Of a DNA stretch of 64,000 bases, positions 30,780 to 40,198 are shown in pieces. The position numbers and the translations under genes are program-made. The DNA is from Pyrinomonadaceae bacterium. GTDB taxonomy: Bacteria; Acidobacteriota; Blastocatellia; Pyrinomonadales; Pyrinomonadaceae. Position 1 is the first letter of the stretch. Each line of letters starts with the position of its first letter. Under the pieces are notes generated by a model. It had not been told where the DNA came from and searched no databases. It worked only from the letters and a program-made list of their open reading frames with translations. Location of the stretch: contig DATMVD010000010.1 in the NCBI GenBank assembly GCA_035563535.1, positions 186,222 through 250,221 of the forward strand. Reading direction: 5' to 3'.

Positions 30780-30801
30780 CTGTATCAGTCAACTAATACA
30801 G
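30780..30801. promoter_or_regulatory. Candidate GntR operator: perfect inverted repeat CTGTAT-N10-ATACAG, 19 nt upstream of the gntR start
   Basis: Palindrome seen directly. AT-rich against the GC background. Autoregulatory function is inference. Confidence 0.4.
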
Positions 30802-30835
30802 TGACACAGAGTACGGGTCAGGTCAAGCGGAGGTT

Positions 30836-30873
30836 TCAAAAAAATTTCGGCCGCCCGTCGCCGAGCGGCCGAA
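30836..30873 (-). terminator. Rho-independent terminator for the flotillin operon (stem TTCGGCCGC/GCGGCCGAA followed on the transcribed strand by UUUUUUUG)
   Basis: Hairpin plus T-tract seen on the minus strand, 26 nt after the flotillin stop. Confidence 0.55.
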
Positions 30874-30898
30874 AGTCATTTTGAGCCTTTTTACGGAC

Positions 30899-33103
30899 TT
30901 ACTTGACCGTTTTCACGCCATTGCCGGCGGCGCCGTTGCCGGCGCCGTCGATGCCGAGGCGCTCTTTGAAGAGGCTCAGGAGGAGCAGCGTGCCGATGCC
31001 GCCGCCGCCGTCGCCGGTGCCGCCGGAGGCGAGGATGTCGGGGGTGATGCGGACGCCCTTCTCGCCGATGACCTTGAGGGTCTCGACGAGCGCGACGCCC
31101 TGCGGGCCCAGAGCGTTGACCTGCTCGTGGTAGGCGACGCCCTGCGCCTCGCCCATCAGGCGCACCTTCTCGGCCTCGGCCTTGCCCGTGGCGAGGATGT
31201 AGTGCGCCTCGCCCTCGGCCTCGGCCTTGCGCTGCTCGGCGCGGCGCGAGGAGATTTCGACGCCGACCGTCGCCGCCATCAGGTCGCGCTGGTTGTCGGC
31301 GTGCGCCTTGGTCTTCTCCAACTGGATGCGCTTCTCCTCGGCCTCGCGCTGCGCGTTGAACATGTTCTGGCGCTGCTCGGCGAGAATCTTCTCGGTCTGC
31401 GTCTTCATCAGCTCCTCGGGGAGGTGGATGTGGCAGATGAGCACGTTGACCACGTCCACGTGGTACTTCAGGAGGTGCATGCGGACGCGCGCCTCGGCCC
31501 GCTCCTGCTCCTCGTGGCGGTTCTGGAGGTAGGCCATCGCCGAAGACTCCGACGCCTGGTTGCGGAAGATGGAGTCGATGAGCGGGTGCATCACGTTCTG
31601 GATGAGCTTGTCGGTGTTGCCGATCTTGGCGACCATGAAGGGCGCGTCCTCGGGCTTGACGCGGAAGACGACGCGCACTTCGAGCTTCATCGTGAAGCCG
31701 TCCTTCGAGATGACCTCGAAGGGGTCGAAGGTGTTGTCAACTTCTTCCGCCGTCCACTCGACTGTCATGTTGGTGGTCGGGATGACGATGGGCGACATCG
31801 CCAGCGTGTTGATGTAGTACTTGCCGGGGCCGACGACCGTCTCCTGTATGCCGCGGAAGCCTTCGGGGACGACGTACGCCTCGTGCGCGCCCTGGTCGAG
31901 CCGGGCGTCGGCCGGGTCGCTCGTCATCAGCTCCTCCTGAATCTCGGAGAGGCCGCGCTGCTCGCCGGCGATCTGGTCGAGGCGCTGGACGGCCTTCGTC
32001 ACCTGCTCATGCTCCTCCTTCTCAAGACGCAGGCGCACCTTGTCGGCCATCTCGCGCCGTATCTCCTCGGTCGGGTCCTTGCCGACGTTCGAGACGATGA
32101 CGGCTACCTCGCCCGGCTTCACCTCGCGCGCCGTCTCGGGGATGATCTTGAAGACGAGCGGGTTGATGTAGTAGGTGCCGGGCAGGAGGATGTCGCGCTG
32201 CGGGCCGCGCTGGCCGCCGCGGCTGATGAACTCGTTGCAGTCCTGGAAGTTGTCGTGGCCGACGATCTCGGTCGCCACGTAATCGCGCGGGTCGAGCGGC
32301 GCGCCGTCCAAAGCCTCGACGAGGCCGATGTTGTTCTCGTTGATGACGGTCGCGTCGTAGAGGCGGATGAAGAAGAGGCCGGGCTTCGGGTCGCCGCCTT
32401 CGAGCGGCACCGATTGGGTGTGGATGCGGTAGGTGCCCGGCGTCAGGATTTCGACCTGCGGCCCCTTCTGCCCGCGGTTGGCGATGAACTGCTCGGCGTC
32501 CTGGTAATTGCGGTGGCCCTGGACTGCCTTGCCGTGCAGGCGCCCGGCGTCGAGCTGGTCGCCGTCGGAGGCCGTGACGATGCCGACCTTGCCGGGGGGG
32601 ATGACCGTCATCTTCGAGACCGAGACGCGGAAGAGGTAAGGGTGGATCGGCCAGAGGCCCGGCGGCAGCGTGCGGAGTTGGATGCCCTTGACGCCGCCCT
32701 GCTTGATGAAGGCGATGGGGTCCTGAAAGTTGTTGTGCGCGTTCTGCGCGCGGTCGGGCGCGAAGTTTCTTCCGGGGGGCATCGGCTCGCCGTCGATGGC
32801 CTCGACGACGCCCAGCTCGTCCGGGCCGATCTCGATGAGCGGCACCTTGCGCACGACCTTCTCGAACGGCCACTTGACGAAGTGGAGGCCGGGCTTGAGC
32901 ACGTCGGCCTGGATGCCGACCTCGCCTTCGGTGGCGACGACGCGACCCGGCGGCATCTTCGCGCCGATGTAGCGCCGCTCCTTGATGGCGATCTCGCGCG
33001 CGCCGACGTTGACCAGCCAGCGCCGGATCAGCACGACCAGCACGATGAACGCGATGAAGCCGATCACGAGGATCGGCACTAACCCGAGAAGTGTTTCGTT
33101 CAT
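30899..33103 (-). CDS. SPFH/flotillin-like membrane protein with three tandem ~85-aa N-terminal repeats
   Basis: 734 aa from MNETLLGLVPILVIGFIAFIV (ATG 33103). Internal repeats each contain a HNNFQDxxAFIxxGGxKGxQ ... LxPGxYxINP motif. The C-terminal half is a band-7/flotillin coiled-coil region. The 1071-aa track ORF is a read-through. Confidence 0.8.
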   Translation of the reverse strand: MNETLLGLVPILVIGFIAFIVLVVLIRRWLVNVGAREIAIKERRYIGAKMPPGRVVATEGEVGIQADVLKPGLHFVKWPFEKVVRKVPLIEIGPDELGVVEAIDGEPMPPGRNFAPDRAQNAHNNFQDPIAFIKQGGVKGIQLRTLPPGLWPIHPYLFRVSVSKMTVIPPGKVGIVTASDGDQLDAGRLHGKAVQGHRNYQDAEQFIANRGQKGPQVEILTPGTYRIHTQSVPLEGGDPKPGLFFIRLYDATVINENNIGLVEALDGAPLDPRDYVATEIVGHDNFQDCNEFISRGGQRGPQRDILLPGTYYINPLVFKIIPETAREVKPGEVAVIVSNVGKDPTEEIRREMADKVRLRLEKEEHEQVTKAVQRLDQIAGEQRGLSEIQEELMTSDPADARLDQGAHEAYVVPEGFRGIQETVVGPGKYYINTLAMSPIVIPTTNMTVEWTAEEVDNTFDPFEVISKDGFTMKLEVRVVFRVKPEDAPFMVAKIGNTDKLIQNVMHPLIDSIFRNQASESSAMAYLQNRHEEQERAEARVRMHLLKYHVDVVNVLICHIHLPEELMKTQTEKILAEQRQNMFNAQREAEEKRIQLEKTKAHADNQRDLMAATVGVEISSRRAEQRKAEAEGEAHYILATGKAEAEKVRLMGEAQGVAYHEQVNALGPQGVALVETLKVIGEKGVRITPDILASGGTGDGGGGIGTLLLLSLFKERLGIDGAGNGAAGNGVKTVK

Positions 33104-33840
33104 GGCCTTTCTTTCTGTGCGGCGGCCCCCCCGTGGAGTCCCGCGTCTGTTGTGGTCTCCGGCCCGCCGCGCGCGCGCGCCGAAAGTCTGCGCCGCACGT
33201 CGGCGAGTTTCTGCTTGAGGACGAAGCCCGCCCCCGAGCGCTTGGCCTCCGAGGAGAGCAGCCAGTACTCGGCCTCGAAGAGCGAGCGCAAGTCCTCCGC
33301 GGCGAGCCGGTCGAGCCCGCCCGCCTCCCAAAGCTGTAAGACCTCCGTGACGGCGCGGCCGAACGTACCGGCGTCGTCCGAGAGGGCCGAGACGCGGAGC
33401 AGCTCGGCGGTCGAGGAGGCGGTCGGCCCTTCGCGCCAGACGCCGAGCAGCATCTCGGCCAGCTCGGGCGAGGCGCGCAAGCTCCGCCCCCCCGCGACGT
33501 GTGCGGCCAGCTCGCGGACGCGCGCCGGGTCGCCCGAGGCGCGGCCGACCAGCCCGTCGAGGACGAAGCGGTAGAGCGCGGCGTCGCCGGTGTCGTGCGC
33601 CTCCGAGAGCGCCGAGAGTTCGCCGCGCTCGGCGCGCTCGCGCAGCCGGCCGCGCCTGACTTGCTCGGGGCTCTCTTTGGGAGTTTCGTCGTCCTGCGGG
33701 GCCGGGTCGAAGAGCCCGCGCGGGCTGACGCCCGGCGGAAGCTCGCCCGCGACCTCTTGAGACCTGGAGCGTTTCGTGCGGAGGATTGCGAAGGAGGCTA
33801 CGAAGAGCAGGAAGACTGAGATGATGAGAATGGCGCTCAC
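33100..33840 (-). CDS. Hypothetical membrane-anchored protein, translationally coupled (ATGA overlap) to the flotillin gene
   Basis: 246 aa with a GTG start and an N-terminal TM helix. No recognised domain. Confidence 0.45.
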   Translation of the reverse strand: MSAILIISVFLLFVASFAILRTKRSRSQEVAGELPPGVSPRGLFDPAPQDDETPKESPEQVRRGRLRERAERGELSALSEAHDTGDAALYRFVLDGLVGRASGDPARVRELAAHVAGGRSLRASPELAEMLLGVWREGPTASSTAELLRVSALSDDAGTFGRAVTEVLQLWEAGGLDRLAAEDLRSLFEAEYWLLSSEAKRSGAGFVLKQKLADVRRRLSARARGGPETTTDAGLHGGAAAQKERP

Positions 33841-34028
33841 TGTTAACGCCTGAACACCGCGGCCGGCACGTTGAAAACTCTCGGCTCCCTCCGAGCCATC
33901 GGCCTCGGCGCTGTCCGTCGTTGTTATACGAAAAAACCGTCAGAAGGTTGCGGGGCGGCCCGACACTCCGGCGAGGGCGGCCGCCCCCGGAAACGTCGGG
34001 CGACGCATCATACATCCAGGAGGCGTAA

Positions 34029-34135
34029 GCCGTAAACCGTAAACCGTGACGGGAGCGTAAACCGCGAACCGTAAACCGTGACAAGAGAAAGGCGACTTGC
34101 CTTCTTCCTGTCACGGTTTACGGTTCACGGTTTAC
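34029..34135. repeat. Family-A palindromic element
   Basis: GCCGTAAACCGTAAACCGTGAC...CGTAAACCGTGACAAG loop CCTGTCACGGTTTACGGTTCACGGTTTAC. Ends 5 nt before the stop of the OMP gene. Confidence 0.75.
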
Positions 34136-34139
34136 AGCT

Positions 34140-36746
34140 TTAGAAGCTTCTTCTGAAGAGGTACGAGGCTTTGATGAAGAAGCTGCGGGAGTTGCGCAGG
34201 AGGCCCTGCTCGGGTTGCCCCGAGTAGCGGTTGTAGTAGTTGCGGTTGAGGTCGTCGTTGTAGCCGACGTAGAAGGCCGTGCCCGGGTTGGGCGTCCAGC
34301 CGAAGAGGAACTGCCCGCTGTAGCGCAAGGTGGTCGAGTCGTAGTCGATGCGCGCGCGCGTGAAGGCGAAGCGCGTGAACTGGTAGGTCGTCCGCAGGCT
34401 GAGGATGTTCGTGTCGAAGGCGACCTCCCCCGTGTCTTCGCGCACCAGGCGGTTCTTCGAGAAGTTCAACGTCATGTTGAGGTCTTTCGTCGCCTTATAC
34501 GTGACGTTGCCGTTCGTGTAGAGGTAGTCGCCGCCGCCCGGCTGCAAGAGGTCGGCGCAGTCGGCCGGCGCGACGAAGTCCTCGGCGTCGCCCGCGCAGC
34601 GCCCGGCCGCGCTCGCCTCGCGCGCGGCGAGGGCCGAGGGGCTGACGCGCGGGAAGCGGCGGCCCGCGCCGAAGTCGTAGTCGAGCTGCCCCCAGCGGTA
34701 GCCGAAGAAGTAGAAGAAGTTGATCCGCTTGGTCGGCGTCGAGCCGGCGTAGGCGAAGACGTTCTTCGAGGTCTCCGAAGTCTCCGGGAGCCCGCTGGCG
34801 AAGCGATCGGCCCCGAACTCCGAGGCGAAGACGCGCTCGTAGCCGGTGTTGTAGCCGACGCGGATGAAGCTCTGGCGCTGGAGGTTCGGCCCGACCTGCC
34901 CCTCGTACGTCCAGTTCTGCGAGCGCCCCTGCCAGTCGAAGCTGCCGCCCGCGTAGTGGTACGTCTCCCACTGCGTGACCTTCGCCTTCGGCTTCGGCTC
35001 CGTCCACCAGCCGAAGTTGAGGTTGTGCCCGTTCGTGTTGACGCGGCGCGTGAAGCCGACGAGCGCGTGGTAGCCGGGGGTGCGGCCGACGCCGTTGACG
35101 TTGAAGTTCGTGTGGCGCGTATTCTTGTTGAAGTTGTAGGCGTAGACGAAGCCGTTCTGCGTCCGGCAACTGTCGTCGGCCTCATCCTTCGCCAGCGAGC
35201 AGAAGTTGGCGTTGGTGCCGAGCACCTGGAAGTCGAGCGAGGTCTGCTTGTCGAACTTCAGGCGCATGTCGAAGCCGCCGACGTAGTTGCTCTTGTCGGC
35301 GAAGTTGTAGGACGTGGCGAGGAAGCCGAAGAAGTTCTCCTTGCCGAAGTCGCGCTTGACGCGGAGGATGCCGACCTTCGAGTTCTGCCCGTTCAGGCGG
35401 TCGAAGGCCGAGGGCAGGCGCTCGGGGTCGTAGCGGACGTCGTCCTCGTAGTTGCCCGGCGCGTTGTCCGAGGCGTAGAGCAGGCCGTAGGTGTACTTGC
35501 CCTTGCGCCCCGTCACCTTCGCCGCCACGTCCGGGTCAACGATGGTGCGCGTGTGGACGGCCGCGATCTGCGTGCGGAAGATTTCGATGCCTTCGAGGAA
35601 GAAGGGGCGCTTCTCCTCGAAGAAGATGGGGAAGCGCTGGTTGGCCGTGACGACCGTCGCGTCGGCCTCGACCTGCGCGAAGTCGGGGTTGACGGCGAGG
35701 TCTAAGGTGAGCGCGGAGGAGGCGACGAACTTCGCCGTCAGACCCGGGTCGAACACGACGGGCTGGTTGACGAAGACGCCGCTGTCTGGGACGCCGAGCG
35801 CGCTCGCCTGCGCGTGGCTCATCGCGCGGACGTGCCTCCCGGTCTCGGAGACGATGAAGCTCGGGATGAGTTCGAGGGAGCGCTCGGTCGAGATGCCTTC
35901 GAGGCCGGTGATGTAGCCGGCCTGGTTGAGCAGGCCCGTCACCTCGCGCGAGATGGGCATCCAAGAGTCCTGCTCGCCGTTCAGGCGCTGGATGATGCGA
36001 AAGACGTTCACGCCCCACAGCTTGTCCTTGCCCGCCTCGTAGCGCAGAGACTTGAACGGCACCGCCACCTCGACGACCCAGCCGTCCGAGGTGATCGTGC
36101 CCTTCGACTCCATCACGATGTCCGGCGTGAAGTCCGCGCCCACGCCCTCGGTGCGGATGCCGTCCTGCTGCACCCCGAGCGGGTTGAAGACCAGCACGTA
36201 AGCCTTGCGCCGGTCGTTGAAGGTGTCGAGCATGATGCGGACGCTGTCGTCGTTGTTCATCACGTCGTCGCGCTTCGGGAGAGTGGCGCGCACCTTGTCC
36301 GGCTCGTCGAAGCAGTGGAACGCGATATAGAGGAACTTCGAGTCGAAGCCGAGCATCGTCTCGGTCGGCTTGGACGGCGCGATGTTGTCGCCCGGGTTGA
36401 TCTGGTAGAAGTCCTTCAGCACCGCCGCCGACTTCCAGATTTCGTCGTCGAGCTTGCCGTCGATGACGGGCGCTTTGTCGAAGCGCGCGATGCGGACGGG
36501 CTGCGTCTTCTCGGGCGGGAGCGGGGGCAGGCCCCTCGGCACGGCCTTCGGGGCCGCAACCGGCGCGGCCGCGGAGGCGGCGGCTGGCGTCGCCGAAGCG
36601 GCGGGCGAAGAGGCGGGGACGGGCGTCGGAGTGACGGCCTTTGCCACCTGCGGCGTCGGTGAGGTGCTTGCTGACTGCGCGGCCGCCGCGGCCGTGAGGG
36701 TGAGGACGACGGCGCAAAGCAGCGCGACTCTCTGAAGGTTGTTCAT
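34140..36746 (-). CDS. Outer-membrane protein with an N-terminal CBM9-like domain and a DUF5916-like beta-barrel
   Basis: 868 aa from MNNLQRVALLCAVVLTLTAAAAAQ (signal peptide). Contains DGKLDDEIWKSAAVLKDFYQINPGDN, typical of CBM9-like proteins. C-terminal aromatic residues (RRSF) are beta-barrel-like. Confidence 0.6.
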   Translation of the reverse strand: MNNLQRVALLCAVVLTLTAAAAAQSASTSPTPQVAKAVTPTPVPASSPAASATPAAASAAAPVAAPKAVPRGLPPLPPEKTQPVRIARFDKAPVIDGKLDDEIWKSAAVLKDFYQINPGDNIAPSKPTETMLGFDSKFLYIAFHCFDEPDKVRATLPKRDDVMNNDDSVRIMLDTFNDRRKAYVLVFNPLGVQQDGIRTEGVGADFTPDIVMESKGTITSDGWVVEVAVPFKSLRYEAGKDKLWGVNVFRIIQRLNGEQDSWMPISREVTGLLNQAGYITGLEGISTERSLELIPSFIVSETGRHVRAMSHAQASALGVPDSGVFVNQPVVFDPGLTAKFVASSALTLDLAVNPDFAQVEADATVVTANQRFPIFFEEKRPFFLEGIEIFRTQIAAVHTRTIVDPDVAAKVTGRKGKYTYGLLYASDNAPGNYEDDVRYDPERLPSAFDRLNGQNSKVGILRVKRDFGKENFFGFLATSYNFADKSNYVGGFDMRLKFDKQTSLDFQVLGTNANFCSLAKDEADDSCRTQNGFVYAYNFNKNTRHTNFNVNGVGRTPGYHALVGFTRRVNTNGHNLNFGWWTEPKPKAKVTQWETYHYAGGSFDWQGRSQNWTYEGQVGPNLQRQSFIRVGYNTGYERVFASEFGADRFASGLPETSETSKNVFAYAGSTPTKRINFFYFFGYRWGQLDYDFGAGRRFPRVSPSALAAREASAAGRCAGDAEDFVAPADCADLLQPGGGDYLYTNGNVTYKATKDLNMTLNFSKNRLVREDTGEVAFDTNILSLRTTYQFTRFAFTRARIDYDSTTLRYSGQFLFGWTPNPGTAFYVGYNDDLNRNYYNRYSGQPEQGLLRNSRSFFIKASYLFRRSF

Positions 36747-37033
36747 GGGCTCTTGTTTCGACGCCGGCAGGCGCGGCGCACACCGCGGCCCTCGGCACAC
36801 GCAGACCTCTGCGCGCTGCGGCCCGCGCCTTCGCGGCCGATTCTGCCTTTCAGTTTTGCTTTGTAGTCCGGGAGCGATGCGGAGGGGTTTGGTCGTCCCG
36901 GCCTGCGTCCCGCCTGTTCACGGGGGCGTCGGCGTGTTCGCCTCCGGCCCCGAATCCAGTCCGCGGCGCTTGAGCGACGCCGCAAAGAGTTGTTAAGGGG
37001 TGAGGCGGTCGGTCGCCTCACCCCTCGAAGCTG

Positions 37034-37852
37034 CTACTCGCCCAGAGACTCGGCCGGCGCGACCGGCGCGGGCAGCGGCATGGTCAACGCGGCCTGGCGC
37101 GGCAGGCGCGTCAGACGCGGCGCGGTCGCGGGGCACTCGTTGCACTTGAGCTTGAGCACCTTCCCCTTCGCGCCGTCGCGCACGAGGCGGAACTCGTAGG
37201 TGCCGGGCAGCGAACCGTTGAGCCTGCGGAAAGCCTCCTCGGTGGCCTTCTGCCACTCGGGGCCGTTCGCCTGGACGCGCGCCGCCGTGACGTAGGCCGC
37301 GCGCAGGCTGACGGCCTCGGCGCGGAGTTTGTCGGCTTCGGCGCGCGCCGCGTCGGTCACGACGAGAGTGTCGGCCGGGGCGCGCGGATCCATGCGGGAG
37401 TCCGGCGGGACGAGCATCGCGACCTCGGCCGTCTCGACCTCGATCTCGGGCAGCGACGCGACGACCACGTCGGCGGCCTCCTTCACCCCGGCGCTCGCCA
37501 CGTGCTTGTTGACGGGGTCGTGCGCGGGGTCGCCGATCATCGCGCTCTCCTCAGAAGTCTTCCCCGAGGCGCGCCCTTCGGCGCGGCCGTACGCTCCGAC
37601 CTTGCCGGACTTCGCGGCCGCCGCGTCCGACTTCTCCTTCGTGCAGGAGGCGAGAAGATTGTCGGACGGGCTCTGGACGATGACGGCGGAGGTCGGCTCG
37701 CCCGCGGGCAGACTCAGGAACGCGTGCAGGAGTTCGCGGTGCAGCCGCGCGCCGGCCGCGCCCTTCAGCGCCTGTAGGTCGTGCGAGAGCTGCGGCAGCG
37801 CGAAGAGCGCCGCGGCGACGATGACGAACGCGATGACTGATCTGTGCTTCAT
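37034..37852 (-). CDS. Secreted hypothetical protein
   Basis: 272 aa from MKHRSVIAFVIVAAALFAL. GGAG-type Shine-Dalgarno upstream. No recognised domain. Confidence 0.45.
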   Translation of the reverse strand: MKHRSVIAFVIVAAALFALPQLSHDLQALKGAAGARLHRELLHAFLSLPAGEPTSAVIVQSPSDNLLASCTKEKSDAAAAKSGKVGAYGRAEGRASGKTSEESAMIGDPAHDPVNKHVASAGVKEAADVVVASLPEIEVETAEVAMLVPPDSRMDPRAPADTLVVTDAARAEADKLRAEAVSLRAAYVTAARVQANGPEWQKATEEAFRRLNGSLPGTYEFRLVRDGAKGKVLKLKCNECPATAPRLTRLPRQAALTMPLPAPVAPAESLGE

Positions 37853-38317
37853 AACTCCACCCGCTTTTTCCGTAGGCCCGTGCGGCCTCAAAACTTGAAT
37901 CAGCCTCGACTGCTTGACCGGCTGTAACTACCCCCGAAACACCACCCGCCCGGATTTCGTGGCAACTTTTTTTGGCTTACAATGTCGCCCGGCGTTCACC
38001 AATAAGAGTTCATGGCTTTAAACGCGCGGGCCGCCCCCTCGGTTCCTTCTCGCGTCCGGCGACGCCAGGGCTTTCGGCCTTACTCGTCACTGTTAGTGGC
38101 GCGGCCTGACAGTAGGTTTCAAAAAATCTTCGGGGGCGGTTCCTTTTTTCGTAAGGCGCACGCCCGACCTTATTAACGCGTAAGATGCGGCCTTTTCGGA
38201 TAACGGCCAATCCATTTGTGACGAAACGATACGGCCTGTGACGGGCGGCGCACTCGGCGTGACGAGGCGGCCTGCGGCGGGGACGAAATCGCGGACAATA
38301 TCATCCACGGAGGGACG

Positions 38318-39292
38318 ATGAGGTACAGAAGATTCGGGCGGGCGGGCTGGGAGGTGAGCGAGGTCGGCTACGGCATGTGGGGCATGGGCGGGTGGAGCGG
38401 CTCGGACGACGAGGAGTCGATGCGCTCGCTCCAGCGCGCGGTCGAGTTGGGCGTCAACTTCTTCGACACGGCCTGGGGCTACGGCGAGGGTCACAGCGAG
38501 GGGCTTCTGGGTCGGCTCGTCCGCGCGAACCCGGACAGGAGGCTCTACACGGCGTCGAAGATACCGCCCAGGAATTTCAAGTGGCCGAGCCAGCGCGGCT
38601 TCACGCTCGACGAGACGTTCCCGCCCGACCACATCGAGGAGTACGTCCACAGCAGCCTGAAGAACTCCGGCCTTGAGAAGTTCGACCTGATGCAGTTCCA
38701 CGTCTGGGAGGACGACTGGGTCGGGGACGAACGCTGGGCGAAGAAGATGGACGAGCTGCGCTCTCAAGGTCTGGTCGGGGCCGTCGGCATCAGCATCAAC
38801 CGCTGGGAGCCCTGGAACGGCGTGCGCGCCGTCCGCACGGGACTCATCGACGCCGTGCAGGTCATCTACAACATCTTCGACCAGAACCCGGAGGACGAGC
38901 TGTTCCCTGCTTGTCAGGAGCACGACGTGGCTGTCATCGCGCGCGTGCCCTTCGACGAGGGGACTCTGACGGGCACGCTCACGAAGGAGAGCATCTGGCC
39001 CGAGGGTGACTGGCGCAACACCTACTTCGTCCCCGAGAACCTCATCCCGAGCGTCGAGCGCGCCGACGCCCTGAAGCCTGTGGCCGAGCGCGCGGGGCTT
39101 TCGATGCCCGAGATGGCTTTGCGCTTCATCCTCTCGAACCCGACGGTCTCGACCATCATCCCCGGGATGCGCAAGCTCAGGAACGTCGAGTCGAACGCCG
39201 CCGCGAGCGACGCCGGCCCGCTCGGCGACGAGCTGCTCGAAGAGCTGCGCCCCCACCGCTGGGAGCGCAAGCCGAAGCCCTGGTCGCAGTGA
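38318..39292 (+). CDS. Aldo/keto reductase
   Basis: 324 aa. Family-wide similarity (GYGMWGMGG ... LGVNFFDTAWGYG). Confidence 0.85.
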   Translation: MRYRRFGRAGWEVSEVGYGMWGMGGWSGSDDEESMRSLQRAVELGVNFFDTAWGYGEGHSEGLLGRLVRANPDRRLYTASKIPPRNFKWPSQRGFTLDETFPPDHIEEYVHSSLKNSGLEKFDLMQFHVWEDDWVGDERWAKKMDELRSQGLVGAVGISINRWEPWNGVRAVRTGLIDAVQVIYNIFDQNPEDELFPACQEHDVAVIARVPFDEGTLTGTLTKESIWPEGDWRNTYFVPENLIPSVERADALKPVAERAGLSMPEMALRFILSNPTVSTIIPGMRKLRNVESNAAASDAGPLGDELLEELRPHRWERKPKPWSQ

Positions 39293-39321
39293 GGACGCAG
39301 GTGAGACACACGCCGAACTTC

Positions 39322-40011
39322 ATGCGCGCGCGGCGGACGTTGGCGGCGCTGCTGTGCGCGCTCGCCCTCCTGTCCGCGCGCGCGCAAGACCGCCCCCCCA
39401 AACAGGAGGGCACGTTCCGCGAGCCCGACCTGGTCGAGCTGGTGAAGCTCGACAAGAGGATCAAGCTCGACATGCGCTACGCGACCGAGAACAACTTCAC
39501 GGGGCGGGCGGTCTACACGGAGGCGCGGGCGTTCTTACAGCGCCCGGCCGCGGAGGCGCTCGTGCGCGCGGGCCGGGCTCTGAGAAAGAAGGGCTACGGG
39601 CTCACGGTCTTCGACGGCTACCGCCCCTGGTCTGTGACGAAGCTCTTCTGGGAGATCACGCCCGCGGACAAGAAGCATTTCGTCGCAGACCCCGCGAAGG
39701 GCTCGCGCCACAACCGCGGCTGCGCCGTAGACCTCACGCTCTACGACCTGAAGACCGGCCGCCAGGTCTCGATGCCCGGCGAGTACGACGAGATGTCGGA
39801 GCGCTCGCACATCAACTACGCGGGCGGCACGCCCGAACAGCGCCGCCTCCGCGACCTGCTCCGCGCCGCGATGGAGGCCGAAGGCTTCACCCCTTACGAA
39901 CCCGAGTGGTGGCACTACGACTACAAAGACTGGCGCCAGTACCCCATCCTCAACCTCAGCTTTTCCGAACTCACCACAGGTGCCGGAGCGGCGGGCGGGG
40001 CGCGGCACTGA
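39322..40011 (+). CDS. D-alanyl-D-alanine dipeptidase (M15D, VanX-like). Start uncertain: ATG at 39322, or GTG at 39289 overlapping the upstream stop.
   Basis: Has a signal peptide, an SRHNRGCAVDLT zinc motif and an EWWHYD motif. Confidence 0.75.
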   Translation: MRARRTLAALLCALALLSARAQDRPPKQEGTFREPDLVELVKLDKRIKLDMRYATENNFTGRAVYTEARAFLQRPAAEALVRAGRALRKKGYGLTVFDGYRPWSVTKLFWEITPADKKHFVADPAKGSRHNRGCAVDLTLYDLKTGRQVSMPGEYDEMSERSHINYAGGTPEQRRLRDLLRAAMEAEGFTPYEPEWWHYDYKDWRQYPILNLSFSELTTGAGAAGGARH

Positions 40012-40198
40012 GGGCTCGGCCGCTGTTGACTTGGCGGCCGGTCCTGGCTTAGCTTCTTAGCCCTCTTGCCCGTGGGCTGAAGTCCCCGCGCCCGTGCTCC
40101 CCGAGCGCGCTGGCAGTTTCAGTCTCTCGAATGCACCACCATCTGACAGGCCCCGGATGAGTCCTTACCGGGCCTTGACCCGCTTCAGAGGAGTCTAC

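Noticed and set aside
37853-38317. Lower-GC 465-nt divergent intergenic region, considered as a possible tmRNA, 6S RNA or tRNA locus. It includes a 66-aa minus-strand ORF at 38010-38210.
   Set aside because: No tRNA T-loop or tmRNA acceptor and 3' CCA-proximal motifs were found. A tmRNA-like GGCUGAUUC 9-mer turned out to be the 5' leader of the adjacent gene. The small ORF has AT-rich third positions unlike native genes. Left uncalled.
38093-39256. 387-aa minus ORF, and 39354-40052 / 40247-41638 / 42130-43242 / 54744-55898 / 57915-58850 / 58895-59746 ORFs
   Set aside because: All are antisense or off-frame to genes with clear family motifs (AKR, VanX-like, PAP2, FecR protein, ATP-grasp, M16). 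Compositionally Arg/Ala-rich.
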